Part shown: one piece after another, positions 18,009-27,943 of the stretch
Layout of the letters: every line of letters begins with the position of its first letter
Position numbering within the stretch: the stretch's first letter is position 1
DNA from: Armatimonadota bacterium
GTDB lineage: Bacteria > Armatimonadota > Armatimonadia > Armatimonadales > Armatimonadaceae
Reading direction: 5' to 3'
Length of the DNA: 54,442 nucleotides
Assembly (NCBI GenBank): GCA_043754515.1
Contig: JAYUUO010000041.1
Span: 1 to 54,442, forward strand
Translations under genes and position numbers: made by a program
The notes under the pieces: generated by a model
Told to the model about the DNA's origin: nothing
Database searches by the model: none
What the model saw: the letters and a program-made list of their open reading frames with translations, nothing else

Positions 18009-20219
18009 ATGACGGAAAGACATAACAATACCGGCGACTTCGTCGCTTACGACCCCGGTGATGAGGGTACGTCTCCCGCCCCCTCGCCCGAATGCCAGGT
18101 ATTTGCCGACGCCCTGCCCGACATCGTCTGGATCGCTGACGCGGAAGGGCGTAGCGTTTACTATAGCCGGCACTGGTACGACTACACCGGCATCGAGCCG
18201 GGTCCCGGCATCCTCGCGCGGGCGTGGGAGGCGGTTCATCCCGACGAACGCGATGTCATGGGCGAGCACTGGCGTCTGACACTCGAGAGCAAGGCGACGG
18301 AGTTCGAACACGAGTTCCGCCTGCGCCGAGCGGACGGCGCATACGGCTGGTTCTACCTGCGCGGGTCCGCGCGGCCCGACCGCCGAGCCGGGGGCATAGA
18401 AAGATGGCTGGGTACCTGTGCGAATATTGACGCCGTGAAGTCCGCGCGGGCGAGTAGTAGCGGGTTCGAGCAACGGTACCGCCTCGCCATGGACGTCGCC
18501 AACCTCGGGTTGTGGGAGAGCGATCTCGTTCTGGGGACCGAGGAATGGTCCGAGGAGATCGCCACTATGTTCGGGCGTCCCGAGAAGGCGGGCATGAACG
18601 CGCAGTCGGTCTGGCGGGAGATACTCCACCCCGATGACCGCGAGGCGGGGATGCGCCGGTTCCGCGAGGGTATCGAATCTCCGAACCCTTCTTTCGAGAA
18701 CCGCTACCGCGTGATGCTCCCCGACGGCAAGAGCGTGCGGCACATCGCCGCTCACGGCACGCTGATCCGCGACGGCGCGGGCAACGCGGTGCGCGTGATC
18801 GGCGTCTGCCGCGACATGACGGAGGAGAGCGAAACCCTCGCTTCCCTCCAACACTCCGAGGAGCGGTACCGCGCCCTCGTTGACGCGTCCTCACAGGTCA
18901 CGTGGACGAACTCGGCGGACGGTGAGATGCGCGGGCCGCAACCCGGCTGGGCCGCGCTCACCGGGCAGACGGAGGCCGAATACGCGGGCTTCGGTTGGGC
19001 GGAGGCGGTCCACCCGGACGACGCGCAACCCACGATTGACGGCTGGAACGAGTCACTGCGCACCCGCTCCGTCTTCCTGTTCGAACACCGGGTACGCCGC
19101 CACGACGGGTGCTGGCGGCTGTTCGCGATACGCGCCGTGCCGGTGCTGGACGCGAAACAGAACATCCGCGAGTGGGTCGGCATGCACACCGACATTTCCG
19201 AAAAGCGCGAGGCCGAGCAGACACAGGCGCGCACCCTGGCGCAACTGATGGCGGTGCTGGAGTCCGCGACCGACGGCATCATTGTCGCGAACACGGCGGG
19301 CGAGGTGCTGATGATGAACCCCGTCGCCCTCGCCTTGCACGACTTCAAGTCCGGCGACGAGGCGCGCAAACACTTCCGCGAGTACGCCGACACGTTCACG
19401 CTACGAACACCGGGGGGGAGCGTGATCCCGCCCGACGACTGGCCGATGGCGCGGGTCTTGCGCGGCGAGACGTTCACCGAGTACGAATGTCTCGTGCGGC
19501 ACGGCGACGAGGGGACGGAATGGTGGGCGTCGTACGGCGGCAGCCCCGCCCGCGACGAGCATGGGAATATCAGCCTCGTCGTGCTGATCGCGCGCGACGT
19601 GTCCGAGCGCAAGCGGATGGAGGTGCAACGCGACGCGCTGATGCGGCGCATCGAGGAGTCGGCCGAGCGGCAACGCAAGTTCCTGCGCGAGATGCTCTCC
19701 TCCATGAGCGAAGGGCGATTGCGCCTCTGCGACTCGGCGAACGAACTGCCATACACAGCGACGCCGACGCCCGCGTACGAACCGGTCACGCTCGACCGAA
19801 AAACTATCCGGACGCTACGCCAGCAGACCATCGCGGCGTGTCAGGCGGCGGGCATGTCGCCGGAGCGGGAGAGTGACCTCGTCACGGCGGTCGGCGAGGC
19901 TTCCATGAACGCGGTTGTCCACGCGGGGGGCGGCCTGGGCACTATTTACGTGAACAAGGAGACGGGTATCGTCCAGATCTGGGTCCGCGACTACGGCAAA
20001 GGCATTAACGAGGAGTCGCTACACCGGGCGACGCTGGAGAAGGGGTTCACCACCGCCGGGACACTCGGGCACGGCTTTTGGATGATGCTGAAAACGGCGG
20101 ACCGGGTACATCTTCTGACTGGCGCGGGCGGCACCACGGTCGTGATCGAGCAGGAGCGCCGACCGGCGGTTCCCGCCTGGATGCAGTCGTTCGTGGAAGC
20201 GAGCCAGAGGCAGGGTTAG
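18009..20219 (+). CDS. multi-PAS sensor fused to RsbT/RsbW-type Ser/Thr kinase (HATPase_c_2)
   Basis: Four PAS/PAC units. C-terminus AVGEASMNAVVHAGGG, VRDYGKGI, GFTTAGTLGHG, GTTVVIE. No HisKA H-box seen. Confidence 0.85.
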   Translation: MTERHNNTGDFVAYDPGDEGTSPAPSPECQVFADALPDIVWIADAEGRSVYYSRHWYDYTGIEPGPGILARAWEAVHPDERDVMGEHWRLTLESKATEFEHEFRLRRADGAYGWFYLRGSARPDRRAGGIERWLGTCANIDAVKSARASSSGFEQRYRLAMDVANLGLWESDLVLGTEEWSEEIATMFGRPEKAGMNAQSVWREILHPDDREAGMRRFREGIESPNPSFENRYRVMLPDGKSVRHIAAHGTLIRDGAGNAVRVIGVCRDMTEESETLASLQHSEERYRALVDASSQVTWTNSADGEMRGPQPGWAALTGQTEAEYAGFGWAEAVHPDDAQPTIDGWNESLRTRSVFLFEHRVRRHDGCWRLFAIRAVPVLDAKQNIREWVGMHTDISEKREAEQTQARTLAQLMAVLESATDGIIVANTAGEVLMMNPVALALHDFKSGDEARKHFREYADTFTLRTPGGSVIPPDDWPMARVLRGETFTEYECLVRHGDEGTEWWASYGGSPARDEHGNISLVVLIARDVSERKRMEVQRDALMRRIEESAERQRKFLREMLSSMSEGRLRLCDSANELPYTATPTPAYEPVTLDRKTIRTLRQQTIAACQAAGMSPERESDLVTAVGEASMNAVVHAGGGLGTIYVNKETGIVQIWVRDYGKGINEESLHRATLEKGFTTAGTLGHGFWMMLKTADRVHLLTGAGGTTVVIEQERRPAVPAWMQSFVEASQRQG

Positions 20220-20254
20220 CCACCGCCCGCTTATCTAAAGAGCGACACAATAAT

Positions 20255-20476
20255 GTGAGCACGAGAGAAGACGCCCGCGAGAAGCCGCTGGACCCGCCCA
20301 TGCTCCCCCACGAGACGCGCAAAGACAGCGTCGAGGGGCAGATACTCAAGGAGCATCTGGCGGGGAAGAAGTTGCTGGGTACGGATGACGGGGAGATTGA
20401 TAAGAGCGCGGAACACGCGCCGCCGACGGATGGGTCGGGAACGCGGCGGGTGAACCCGGACGAGCCGTCTGTTTAG
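20255..20476 (+). CDS. small hydrophilic hypothetical protein
   Basis: GTG start MSTREDAREKPLDPP...; fills the gap after the kinase. Confidence 0.45.
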   Translation: MSTREDAREKPLDPPMLPHETRKDSVEGQILKEHLAGKKLLGTDDGEIDKSAEHAPPTDGSGTRRVNPDEPSV

Positions 20477-20705
20477 GTGAGCGCGGCGGGGGATACGCTC
20501 GCGCTAGAGGGGGCGGCGGGTCGCCCGCTCCCCGCTCCTCATGGCCACCGGTACAATTCACCGCCCACACGGCGCACCGCGCGTTTCCCGCGCCCGCCCA
20601 CGTGCGGGAAACGCGCGGCGGCACCAGCCACGCCACAAAATTCGCCAAGCGCGGTTGATTCCCGCGTATCGGGATATAATGGGTGCCGGTAGGAAAACCA
20701 CACCC

Positions 20706-21065
20706 ATGCCCCTGACTCTCGACTTGTCCGCCGATCTACTCGCCGAAGCCGCGTCGCGGGGCACGTCCGCCGACGCCGTTGCCGCCATTGTGTTGCGCGA
20801 GCATCTCGCGCTACCTTGTAATCCCGACCCAACGCGCGAGAAGGTTTTCGCCGAACGCGTGGCGCACTTCGCGGCGGATGCGCACGCGTATCAGGAGTGG
20901 TGGGATTCGCTGACGGCGGAGGAACAACTGTCGCACGCCGATAAATGGGAGCGTGGTTCCCGAGCGGCGGACACCGGGGGACACAATCCACCCGAAGTCG
21001 TGTTCGCGCGGATCCACGCCAAATATAGGTGGCTCCAGCCCAACGCGACGCGAGAACAGAAGTGA
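20706..21065 (+). CDS. small hypothetical protein, antitoxin-like N-terminus
   Basis: MPLTLDLSADLLAEAASRG...; upstream TATAAT and AGGA. Confidence 0.5.
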   Translation: MPLTLDLSADLLAEAASRGTSADAVAAIVLREHLALPCNPDPTREKVFAERVAHFAADAHAYQEWWDSLTAEEQLSHADKWERGSRAADTGGHNPPEVVFARIHAKYRWLQPNATREQK

Positions 21066-21137
21066 CGATGATATGCCCGACACGCTCCTTGTCGTCGCCG
21101 TATTTCATGGAGCGAGCCTGAGGGCACAAGAGGAATT

Positions 21138-22193
21138 ATGAACGACCTTACGAACACGACGCTCGCCCCGGACGCCGGAACCGCGCTCCCGAAAACCATC
21201 CCTGTGCCGCCCTCCGAAAGCGAGGCGCGGCCACACGCGGGCAGACCGAAGTCCTCCCCCGACACGCCGGAAGTCCCGCCCCCGCCCGGCTCGTTCGCGG
21301 CGGGGAACGCGCCGATTAATATCCCGCTCCTCGCGGTGATCGGGGTGCTATTCGTCGCGCTCTACGCAACGACATTCGCCTACTTTCTGATCCCGCGCTG
21401 GATGAAGGACCCCGCCGCGCAACACAGCTGGCTGATTATCCCTATCGCGCTCGGCATCACCTACATGATCCGCGCGCGACTGGCCCGGATCCCCGTCAGC
21501 TCGCACCCCGGCGGCCTCGCGGTCATGGGAATCGCGCTCGTTCTACACCTGTTCGAGAAGGCGATGGACCTGAACGGCCCGTCACCGCTCTCGATCCCGA
21601 TCTTCGTCGCGGGCGCGGTCTGGTACTTCCTGGGCACGAAGTTCCTGCGCGAACTGGCGTTCCCCATCGCCTACCTGCTGTTCATGATTCCGATTCCGGG
21701 CGGCTTCACAGAAGTCGTGTCGTTCCCGCTCCGGCTGCTGGCGACAGGCGGCTCCAAGCACATCGCGCAATTCTTCGGCGTGGACGTCTACGGCTCGGGC
21801 ATGAACCTGGAGTTTAATCAGCCGCGCGGCTTCGAGCATATCAACCTGGAAGTGGCCGACCCGTGCTCCGGTCTGCACTCGCTGGTGGCGATCAAGGCAC
21901 TGCATGCGATCACGGCGTACCTGACGCGCCTCAAGCTCGGCTGGAAGTGGGTGCTGTTCATGTGCGCCATTCCGATAGCATTGGCGGCGAACCTGACCCG
22001 AATCAGCCTGATTATCCTGATCGGCGCGTACGGCGACAAGAAGTTCGCCGAGACGGTATTCCACGAGTATTCGTCGCCGGTACTGTTCGTGATCGCGTTC
22101 GCGATTCTGATCTCCATCGGGCGGTTCATGGAATGGGCGACCGGTGCCGACCGCAAGGAAGCAACCGACAAGACACGGGAGATGATGGCATGA
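21138..22193 (+). CDS. exosortase (EpsH/Xrt family)
   Basis: Multi-TM protein with catalytic Cys/Arg/His motifs VADPCSG, ANLTRI and FHE. Confidence 0.92.
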   Translation: MNDLTNTTLAPDAGTALPKTIPVPPSESEARPHAGRPKSSPDTPEVPPPPGSFAAGNAPINIPLLAVIGVLFVALYATTFAYFLIPRWMKDPAAQHSWLIIPIALGITYMIRARLARIPVSSHPGGLAVMGIALVLHLFEKAMDLNGPSPLSIPIFVAGAVWYFLGTKFLRELAFPIAYLLFMIPIPGGFTEVVSFPLRLLATGGSKHIAQFFGVDVYGSGMNLEFNQPRGFEHINLEVADPCSGLHSLVAIKALHAITAYLTRLKLGWKWVLFMCAIPIALAANLTRISLIILIGAYGDKKFAETVFHEYSSPVLFVIAFAILISIGRFMEWATGADRKEATDKTREMMA

Positions 22194-22888
22194 GCACAAC
22201 CATATTGAACAAGTCAACCGGCTCCACGTACGCGCCGAAATACTGGCTGGTGATCGCGGCGATAATGGTGGCGTTCTCCCTGGGCACGTTCTGGGAGTTG
22301 CGCCCCGAGCCGACGGGCCAGATCGCCGACGTGAAAAAGATCCCGCTCGCGGTCGGGAACTGGAAGTCGCAAGGCGACGTAGAGATTGATCCGGTGACGA
22401 TGGCGCAGATCAAGGCCGACACCTACATCCAGCGTCGCTACGCGAACCCGGAAGGCAAGTTCGTGGACATCCTGCTCGTGTACCGCCGCTACGGCCGCCG
22501 CGAGTTCGCGCACCGCCCGGAACTGTGTTTCCCGGCGGCGGGCTACAACATCACGAAAAAGGACCGCACTACGCTCCCGTACGCGGGGCATGACGCCCCG
22601 GCGATTCACCTGAACGCGGACGGATCGCGCGTCCCCGCCCCGAACACGACGATCACCTACTTCTTCGCGTCCGGGAGCCGCACAGAGTGCGACTTCATCC
22701 GCCAGCAGACGCTGATGGCACTGGAGCGCGTCATCCCGAACAAGAACGGCTGGACGTTCGTCCGGCTGACGTCCGCGCAGGTGCCGGGTGCCGACGACGC
22801 GGCGATGGTCACGGCGCAACAGGATTTCATGCGGGCGATGGGTCCCGAACTGGAAAAGGTGATCACGACCGACGCGGGCGCGAAGTGA
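22190..22888 (+). CDS. epsI: exosortase-associated EpsI family protein
   Basis: ATGA overlap with the exosortase; IP...GNW, YIQRRY, HRPELCFPAAGY. Confidence 0.85.
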   Translation: MSTTILNKSTGSTYAPKYWLVIAAIMVAFSLGTFWELRPEPTGQIADVKKIPLAVGNWKSQGDVEIDPVTMAQIKADTYIQRRYANPEGKFVDILLVYRRYGRREFAHRPELCFPAAGYNITKKDRTTLPYAGHDAPAIHLNADGSRVPAPNTTITYFFASGSRTECDFIRQQTLMALERVIPNKNGWTFVRLTSAQVPGADDAAMVTAQQDFMRAMGPELEKVITTDAGAK

Positions 22889-22966
22889 GCGGGAGAGCGA
22901 ACACGGCGAACACACGCCTGGTCGGGGGTGACAATCCCTCCGGCAATGCGATGGTACAATAACCCG

Positions 22967-23374
22967 ATGTGACAGAAGCTCACACTGCCTGATGGCGACG
23001 CGCCGACGACGACCATGCCGCTCCAAACCGGCGCGCCAACGGAGACCGTGGACGCGATCCTCGCGCGCGTCCATGGCGACGAATACGTCGCCGGTTATCT
23101 CGCCCGCTATCCCCGGATAGCCGCGCTGGTCGCCGACGCGTTGAGTGTGCTGACCGCGCGGTACGGCGCGGACAGGCGCATCATGGCCGAGGTCAACCGG
23201 CGAGACAACGCCGACGGGATTGACGATCTGTTCGTCGGGGGCGAGGTCCCGGTGGACTACTTCGCGAGCATTGACGCGTTGTTGGACAGTTTGTCACTAT
23301 TCGATCGGGAATAGTACGCTAAGTAGCCCGTCTCGTTCCGTAAACACCGCATCATTGATCTGCGCCGGGTATAA
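22967..23374 (+). pseudogene. HEPN-partner (antitoxin-like) gene with nonsense codons
   Basis: One frame from ATG 22967 to TAA 23374, interrupted by TGA 22970, TAG 23312 and TAG 23324. Ends 3 nt before the HEPN gene. Confidence 0.6.
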
Positions 23375-23377
23375 AGT

Positions 23378-23761
23378 ATGCCGTTCGACAGCGATTCGTT
23401 TTTAACCGCCGCGCGGGTCCTGCTCGCCGCCGCCCCGGACGATGCGCGGGAGGCGGCGTATCGGAGTGCTATCAGCCGTGCTTATTATGCGAGTTTTCTG
23501 CGGGCGCGTGCCCTGATCGAAACGGACGGGGTCGCATCGCAAACTCTGCGCCGCGATGCGGAACATTCGCATAGCGAGGTATAGGACTACTTCGAGAACG
23601 AGTACAACGCGCAGGGCAGGTCTATCGGCAGGCAGGGTCAGCGGTTAAAATCTTCGCGCCGCCGCGCGGACTACGACACGAGCGGTAGCGTTACGTCCTA
23701 CGACGCGGAGCAAGCACTACAACGCGCTGACGGACTATTGCGGGCCTTGAATATCTTATAG
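23378..23761 (+). pseudogene. HEPN-domain protein with internal TAG
   Basis: YRSAISRAYYASF...HSEV*DYF...LKSSRRRADYD; stop at 23582-23584. Confidence 0.8.
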
Positions 23762-23916
23762 AACCGGCAGGTGAGGTGGCAAGATAACACTCAAAGCCGA
23801 ATGGCTGAAAATACCGCGAGGGGGTAGACAGATGCGACCGTTGATGTCAACTGAAGCCGTAGCATATCGCCCCGATATGGGCATAGCCAGCGGCACATCT
23901 GGTACAGTGAGAAAAC

Positions 23917-24576
23917 TTGTCTAGCCATCCCATAGCCCCTCTGCGCCTCGCCGTGTTCGTTGGGTCGCAGGGGCGCGGCTCGAACCTGATGGCGATCCAC
24001 GCGGCGATAGCGGACGGCCGACTGCCCGCCGAAATCGTCTGCGTGATCGGCTCCCGCGCCGACGCCCCCGCCGTCGCCCGCGCGAAGAACGCGGGCCTCC
24101 CGACCAGGATAGTCAGCCCCAAAGACCGCTCCGACGACGAGTATGCTGGCGTGCTACTGCGCGTTTTGCGCGGCGCGGACGCCGACACCATCGCGCTCGC
24201 GGGCTACCTGCGCCGGATGCCGTCCCCCGTCATTGAGGCGTTCCCGCTCCGCATCGTCAACATCCACCCCTCGCTACTCCCGGCGTTCGGCGGGCACGGC
24301 ATGTACGGCGAACGCGTCCACCAGGCCGCCATCGAATCCGGCGTCAAGTTCTCCGGTTGCACGGTACATTTCGTGGACGATGGATTCGACACGGGGCCCA
24401 TCATCTCGCAAACGGTGGTGCCGGTCAATGACGATGACACGGCGGGAACGCTCGCCGCCCACATCCTGCCCCTCGAACACGCGGCATTCCCGGAAGCACT
24501 GGCACTGCTCGCGCGGGGGCGGCTAATTGTCGCTGGGCGGCGGGTGCGGCGGCTGGCGGAGGAGTCCGCGCCATGA
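23917..24576 (+). CDS. purN: phosphoribosylglycinamide formyltransferase
   Basis: GRGSNL, LAGY, NIHPSLLP, SGCTVHFV...DTGPII. Confidence 0.95.
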   Translation: MSSHPIAPLRLAVFVGSQGRGSNLMAIHAAIADGRLPAEIVCVIGSRADAPAVARAKNAGLPTRIVSPKDRSDDEYAGVLLRVLRGADADTIALAGYLRRMPSPVIEAFPLRIVNIHPSLLPAFGGHGMYGERVHQAAIESGVKFSGCTVHFVDDGFDTGPIISQTVVPVNDDDTAGTLAAHILPLEHAAFPEALALLARGRLIVAGRRVRRLAEESAP

Positions 24577-25580
24577 ACGAGCCAGTCCGCTGGGGCGTGC
24601 TCGGGTGCGCCCGCGTATTCGAGCGGCGCATGGTGCCCGGCTTCCGCGCGGCGTCCGGGGATGCCACATTGCTCGCCGTCGCGTCGCGCTTCGGGGAGAA
24701 GGCTCGCGAAGTGGCGGGGCGACACGGCGTTCCCCGCGCTTACGATTCGTATGCGTCGCTCCTGTGCGACCCCGACATTGAGGCGGTCTACATCCCGCTC
24801 CCGAACGATCTGCACTGTGAATGGACGCTGGCCGCGCTGGCCGCCGGGAAGCACGTCCTATGCGACAAGCCGGTCGCGCTCACCTACACCGACGCGTACG
24901 CGATGGCGATCGCCGCGAAGAGCAAGGGGTTGCGGCTTGCGGAGGGCTTCATGTACCGTTATCACCCGCAACACGAACGGGTTCGCGCGATCCTGGGTAG
25001 CGGCGGGATAGGGGAGCCGGTGCATTTCAGCGGCACGTTCGCCTATTCCGCGAGCTTTGAGCCGTCTAATATCCGCATGAACGCGGCGCAGGGCGGCGGG
25101 GCATTCCTGGATGTCGGCGTGTACCCGCTCAACGCCGCCCGCTGGTTCTTCGGTGAGCCGGTCGCGGTGACCGCCGCCCAGCGTCCCGACCGCGAACACG
25201 GCGTGGACGCGCACACCACGGTGCTGATGGAGTGGGCGGACGGCAAGACCGCGACGATATACGGCGGCTTCGACCGGCCGTTCGTGACGCGGTACGAGAT
25301 CACCGGCACGACAGGGCGTGTTACGGCGGAGCGGGCGTTCCAGGTCGGCGAAGGCGGGGTGACGGTGACGGTACGCGCGGGCGAGAGCGAGGTCGTGGAA
25401 CCGTGGGCACATTTAGACCAGTATGGGTTAGAGTTGGCGCACTTCTCGCGGTGCGTGCGCGACGAGCGAAAGCCGCTCGCGCCGGGCGAGGACGGCCTGG
25501 ATCAGGCCCGCGTCGTCGAGGCGGTACGCGTTTCGGCGCACGAGCAGAGGCGGGTCGCGATCCGCGAGATCGGGGAGTAG
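24573..25580 (+). CDS. Gfo/Idh/MocA family oxidoreductase
   Basis: WGVLGCA, AVYIPLPN.LH, GKHVLCDKP, GGGAFLDVGVY. Confidence 0.92.
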   Translation: MNEPVRWGVLGCARVFERRMVPGFRAASGDATLLAVASRFGEKAREVAGRHGVPRAYDSYASLLCDPDIEAVYIPLPNDLHCEWTLAALAAGKHVLCDKPVALTYTDAYAMAIAAKSKGLRLAEGFMYRYHPQHERVRAILGSGGIGEPVHFSGTFAYSASFEPSNIRMNAAQGGGAFLDVGVYPLNAARWFFGEPVAVTAAQRPDREHGVDAHTTVLMEWADGKTATIYGGFDRPFVTRYEITGTTGRVTAERAFQVGEGGVTVTVRAGESEVVEPWAHLDQYGLELAHFSRCVRDERKPLAPGEDGLDQARVVEAVRVSAHEQRRVAIREIGE

Positions 25581-25589
25581 TGAACCATT

Positions 25590-26435
25590 ATGATTGACCC
25601 GACAGTGTCTCTTTTCATCCTCTTGACGGTTACGGTATGTTGCGCGATGTGGGCCAGGTTCCTGCCGAAGACACTGCGCGGGCATGCGGTGGCCGCGATC
25701 ATATGGACAGCGATCACCGGCTGTCAAACTTTCATGCTCATCATCTATCGTGAGAGGCCGAACCCGATCGGGCACCTCGCGCTCCTCGTCAGTGGGTGGG
25801 TGATGGTCTCCGCATGGCGGCAACTCGCCGAGCGACGGCGCGGCGAACACGACCGCCAGAGCCGCCGATCCCTGGCGGCAAGGCTGTTTGTACAAACGCT
25901 GTGGGGTCCGCTCGCGCTCGGTATCGCTCTTTGGGGGATTGCGACGGGGGCGGACCGGCTTCTGGATCACGCGCTTGCCTGGCGTAATAAGGCGACGGTT
26001 TCGCTACTTCGCGCGGGCGGCTTCCGCGCGGATAACTACTGGTACAGTGACCGCCTCGCCCAACTCGTAGAGAGACAGGATGTCGCTGGTGTCCGCTTCT
26101 ACCTTGACACCGGGGTTGTTCCACAGGATTATGTTTTCCGACTCGCCGTACACCATGGTAACGTTGAAATAACCGAGATGCTGTTACAAAATCGAGTGCT
26201 GTTGCAAAATGGAGTCACAAACGGGGAACCGTGGGAAATAACATTTGTCGTTCCCGGCCTGCTGCGGACGGCTGTCGAAGCGCACCAAAGGGGGCAGGTA
26301 CGGTTCTTATTGAATAACGGCGCGGAGCCGAACGAGAAAGCGGAGAGCGGGAGCAAGTCACTGTTGCGACTCGCGGAGCGGGACGGCGACACGGCTATGA
26401 TCGCGCTCCTCAAGGGCGCGGGTGCCAAACGCTGA
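25590..26435 (+). CDS. membrane protein with C-terminal ankyrin-like repeats (paralog A)
   Basis: About four TM segments, then AVHHGNVEITEMLL, VRFLLNNGAEPN, MIALLKGAGA. Confidence 0.75.
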   Translation: MIDPTVSLFILLTVTVCCAMWARFLPKTLRGHAVAAIIWTAITGCQTFMLIIYRERPNPIGHLALLVSGWVMVSAWRQLAERRRGEHDRQSRRSLAARLFVQTLWGPLALGIALWGIATGADRLLDHALAWRNKATVSLLRAGGFRADNYWYSDRLAQLVERQDVAGVRFYLDTGVVPQDYVFRLAVHHGNVEITEMLLQNRVLLQNGVTNGEPWEITFVVPGLLRTAVEAHQRGQVRFLLNNGAEPNEKAESGSKSLLRLAERDGDTAMIALLKGAGAKR

Positions 26436-26481
26436 CCGTATCCCCGCCCGCCACAGACCGATCTAGCAAAAGTGAGGCGTT

Positions 26482-26973
26482 ATGTTGATAATTGGTAGGC
26501 TAGTTTTGTACGGGGCATCCTTCGCGACGTCGCTCACATTCCACGTGCGGGCGGCTCTCCCGCCGAGAGTGCGCGGACACGCCGTTACGGCCCTGGCGTG
26601 GACGACGATCACCGCTTGCCAGACCGTTGTTCTATTCGAGTGGCGCGACACGCCGAATCTCATCGGGCACCTGGTACTACTCGTCGCCGGGTGGGTCATG
26701 GTCTCCTCGTGGAAGCAGTTCGTTGCGCAGCGGCACTGCGGCGAACCGTTCCGGGCAAGTCGCCGCCCACTCGCCGTCCGGCTGATCACACAAACAACAG
26801 CGGGGCCGCTCGCGTTGTGGCTAGGCGCGGTGGGGCTGTGCCACCTCGGGCAACTCGCCATTGATCGTGCCTCCCGGATGGGCGACCGCAAGGCCGAGGC
26901 CGTTCTGCGGGCGAGCGGGTTTGAATGCTCCGAGCAACGGGCGCGGGAAATGTCGTGGGATGCGGCACGCTGA
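26482..26973 (+). CDS. membrane-domain-only paralog B (ankyrin part absent)
   Basis: Shares RGH.V....WT.IT.CQT...P..IGHL.L.V.GWVM...W.Q with both neighbours; stops before the ankyrin region. Confidence 0.6.
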   Translation: MLIIGRLVLYGASFATSLTFHVRAALPPRVRGHAVTALAWTTITACQTVVLFEWRDTPNLIGHLVLLVAGWVMVSSWKQFVAQRHCGEPFRASRRPLAVRLITQTTAGPLALWLGAVGLCHLGQLAIDRASRMGDRKAEAVLRASGFECSEQRAREMSWDAAR

Positions 26974-26997
26974 ACCCACCCGAGGAAGTGAACGATT

Positions 26998-27855
26998 ATG
27001 CTGTACGTGCTGGGTATACCTCTTATAATAATCGGCGGGGTATTCGTCGCCGGGGTAGTCTACTCGGTGACCCGGTTGATTAAAATGCGCGGGCACATCG
27101 TCGCGGCGATGGTATGGGCGGCAATCACGGCCTATCAGACCGCGATGCTCCTGACCTATCGCGAAAAGCCGGACTTGATCGGGCACCTAACGCTTTTCGT
27201 CGCGGGGTGGGTGATGGCCGCTTCCTGGAAACAACTCGCCGAGAAGTGGCGCGGCGAAATGGAACGCCAGAGCCGACACCCGCTCGTGTCCCGGCTCTTC
27301 GTGCAAAGCATCTACGGTCCCGTTCTGCTTTTCGTGGTTGTCTGCTTCATTGTTGCGGGGATGCAAAGGGCATTCGAGGGCGCCGCGCAACAGTGCGATC
27401 TTGACACGGTACGCCTCCTGCGCCGCTCCGGTAACGTCAGCGCGGGGACAAGAGCGATGGAACAGGGATTGATGAGAGCGATCGCGGCGCAGGATGAGGC
27501 TATGACTTCCGCCTACCTCGCGGCGGGGGGGGCACAGCTGACATGGAATGATGACGAGCAGGTGAGTGCTCTGCAGTTCGCCGCATGGCGCGCGAACACG
27601 AGTATCACCGCCCTGTTGCTGAGTCATTGCCCGCCGACGCATGAAACGAGAGCGAGCCTGAATGACGCGCTACGGTCGGCGGTTTCCCACAACCAGCCCG
27701 AACAGGTACGATTTCTTCTTGAGAATGGTGCCAACAGTGAGTCGCGGAACCCGAGCGGTGAATCTGCCTGGGACATCGCCGCCCAACAGAAAGAACGCGA
27801 GGTCAAACTGATATTGACGACGTATTCGAGTGTTCCGCGTGTCGCGAATCCGTAG
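26998..27855 (+). CDS. membrane protein with ankyrin repeats (paralog C)
   Basis: Same TM motif; SALQFAAW, QVRFLLENGAN, GESAWDIA. Confidence 0.75.
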   Translation: MLYVLGIPLIIIGGVFVAGVVYSVTRLIKMRGHIVAAMVWAAITAYQTAMLLTYREKPDLIGHLTLFVAGWVMAASWKQLAEKWRGEMERQSRHPLVSRLFVQSIYGPVLLFVVVCFIVAGMQRAFEGAAQQCDLDTVRLLRRSGNVSAGTRAMEQGLMRAIAAQDEAMTSAYLAAGGAQLTWNDDEQVSALQFAAWRANTSITALLLSHCPPTHETRASLNDALRSAVSHNQPEQVRFLLENGANSESRNPSGESAWDIAAQQKEREVKLILTTYSSVPRVANP

Positions 27856-27943
27856 ATGGGTGGGCGTCGTCGCTCCCCACGCGCGCCCGAACACACAAGC
27901 AAGGTGATACTATACAAACTAACGCTATCCCGATCCTGCCCCC

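Noticed and set aside
15175..20219. LOV photoreceptor among the PAS domains, given the retinal genes
   Set aside because: No GxNCRFLQ motif in any PAS repeat.
23762..23916. ZTP or purine riboswitch upstream of purN
   Set aside because: The conserved cores of those riboswitches were not recognisable.
25590..27855. Membrane paralogs as the missing opsin
   Set aside because: Only about four TM segments and no helix-G retinal-binding Lys motif.
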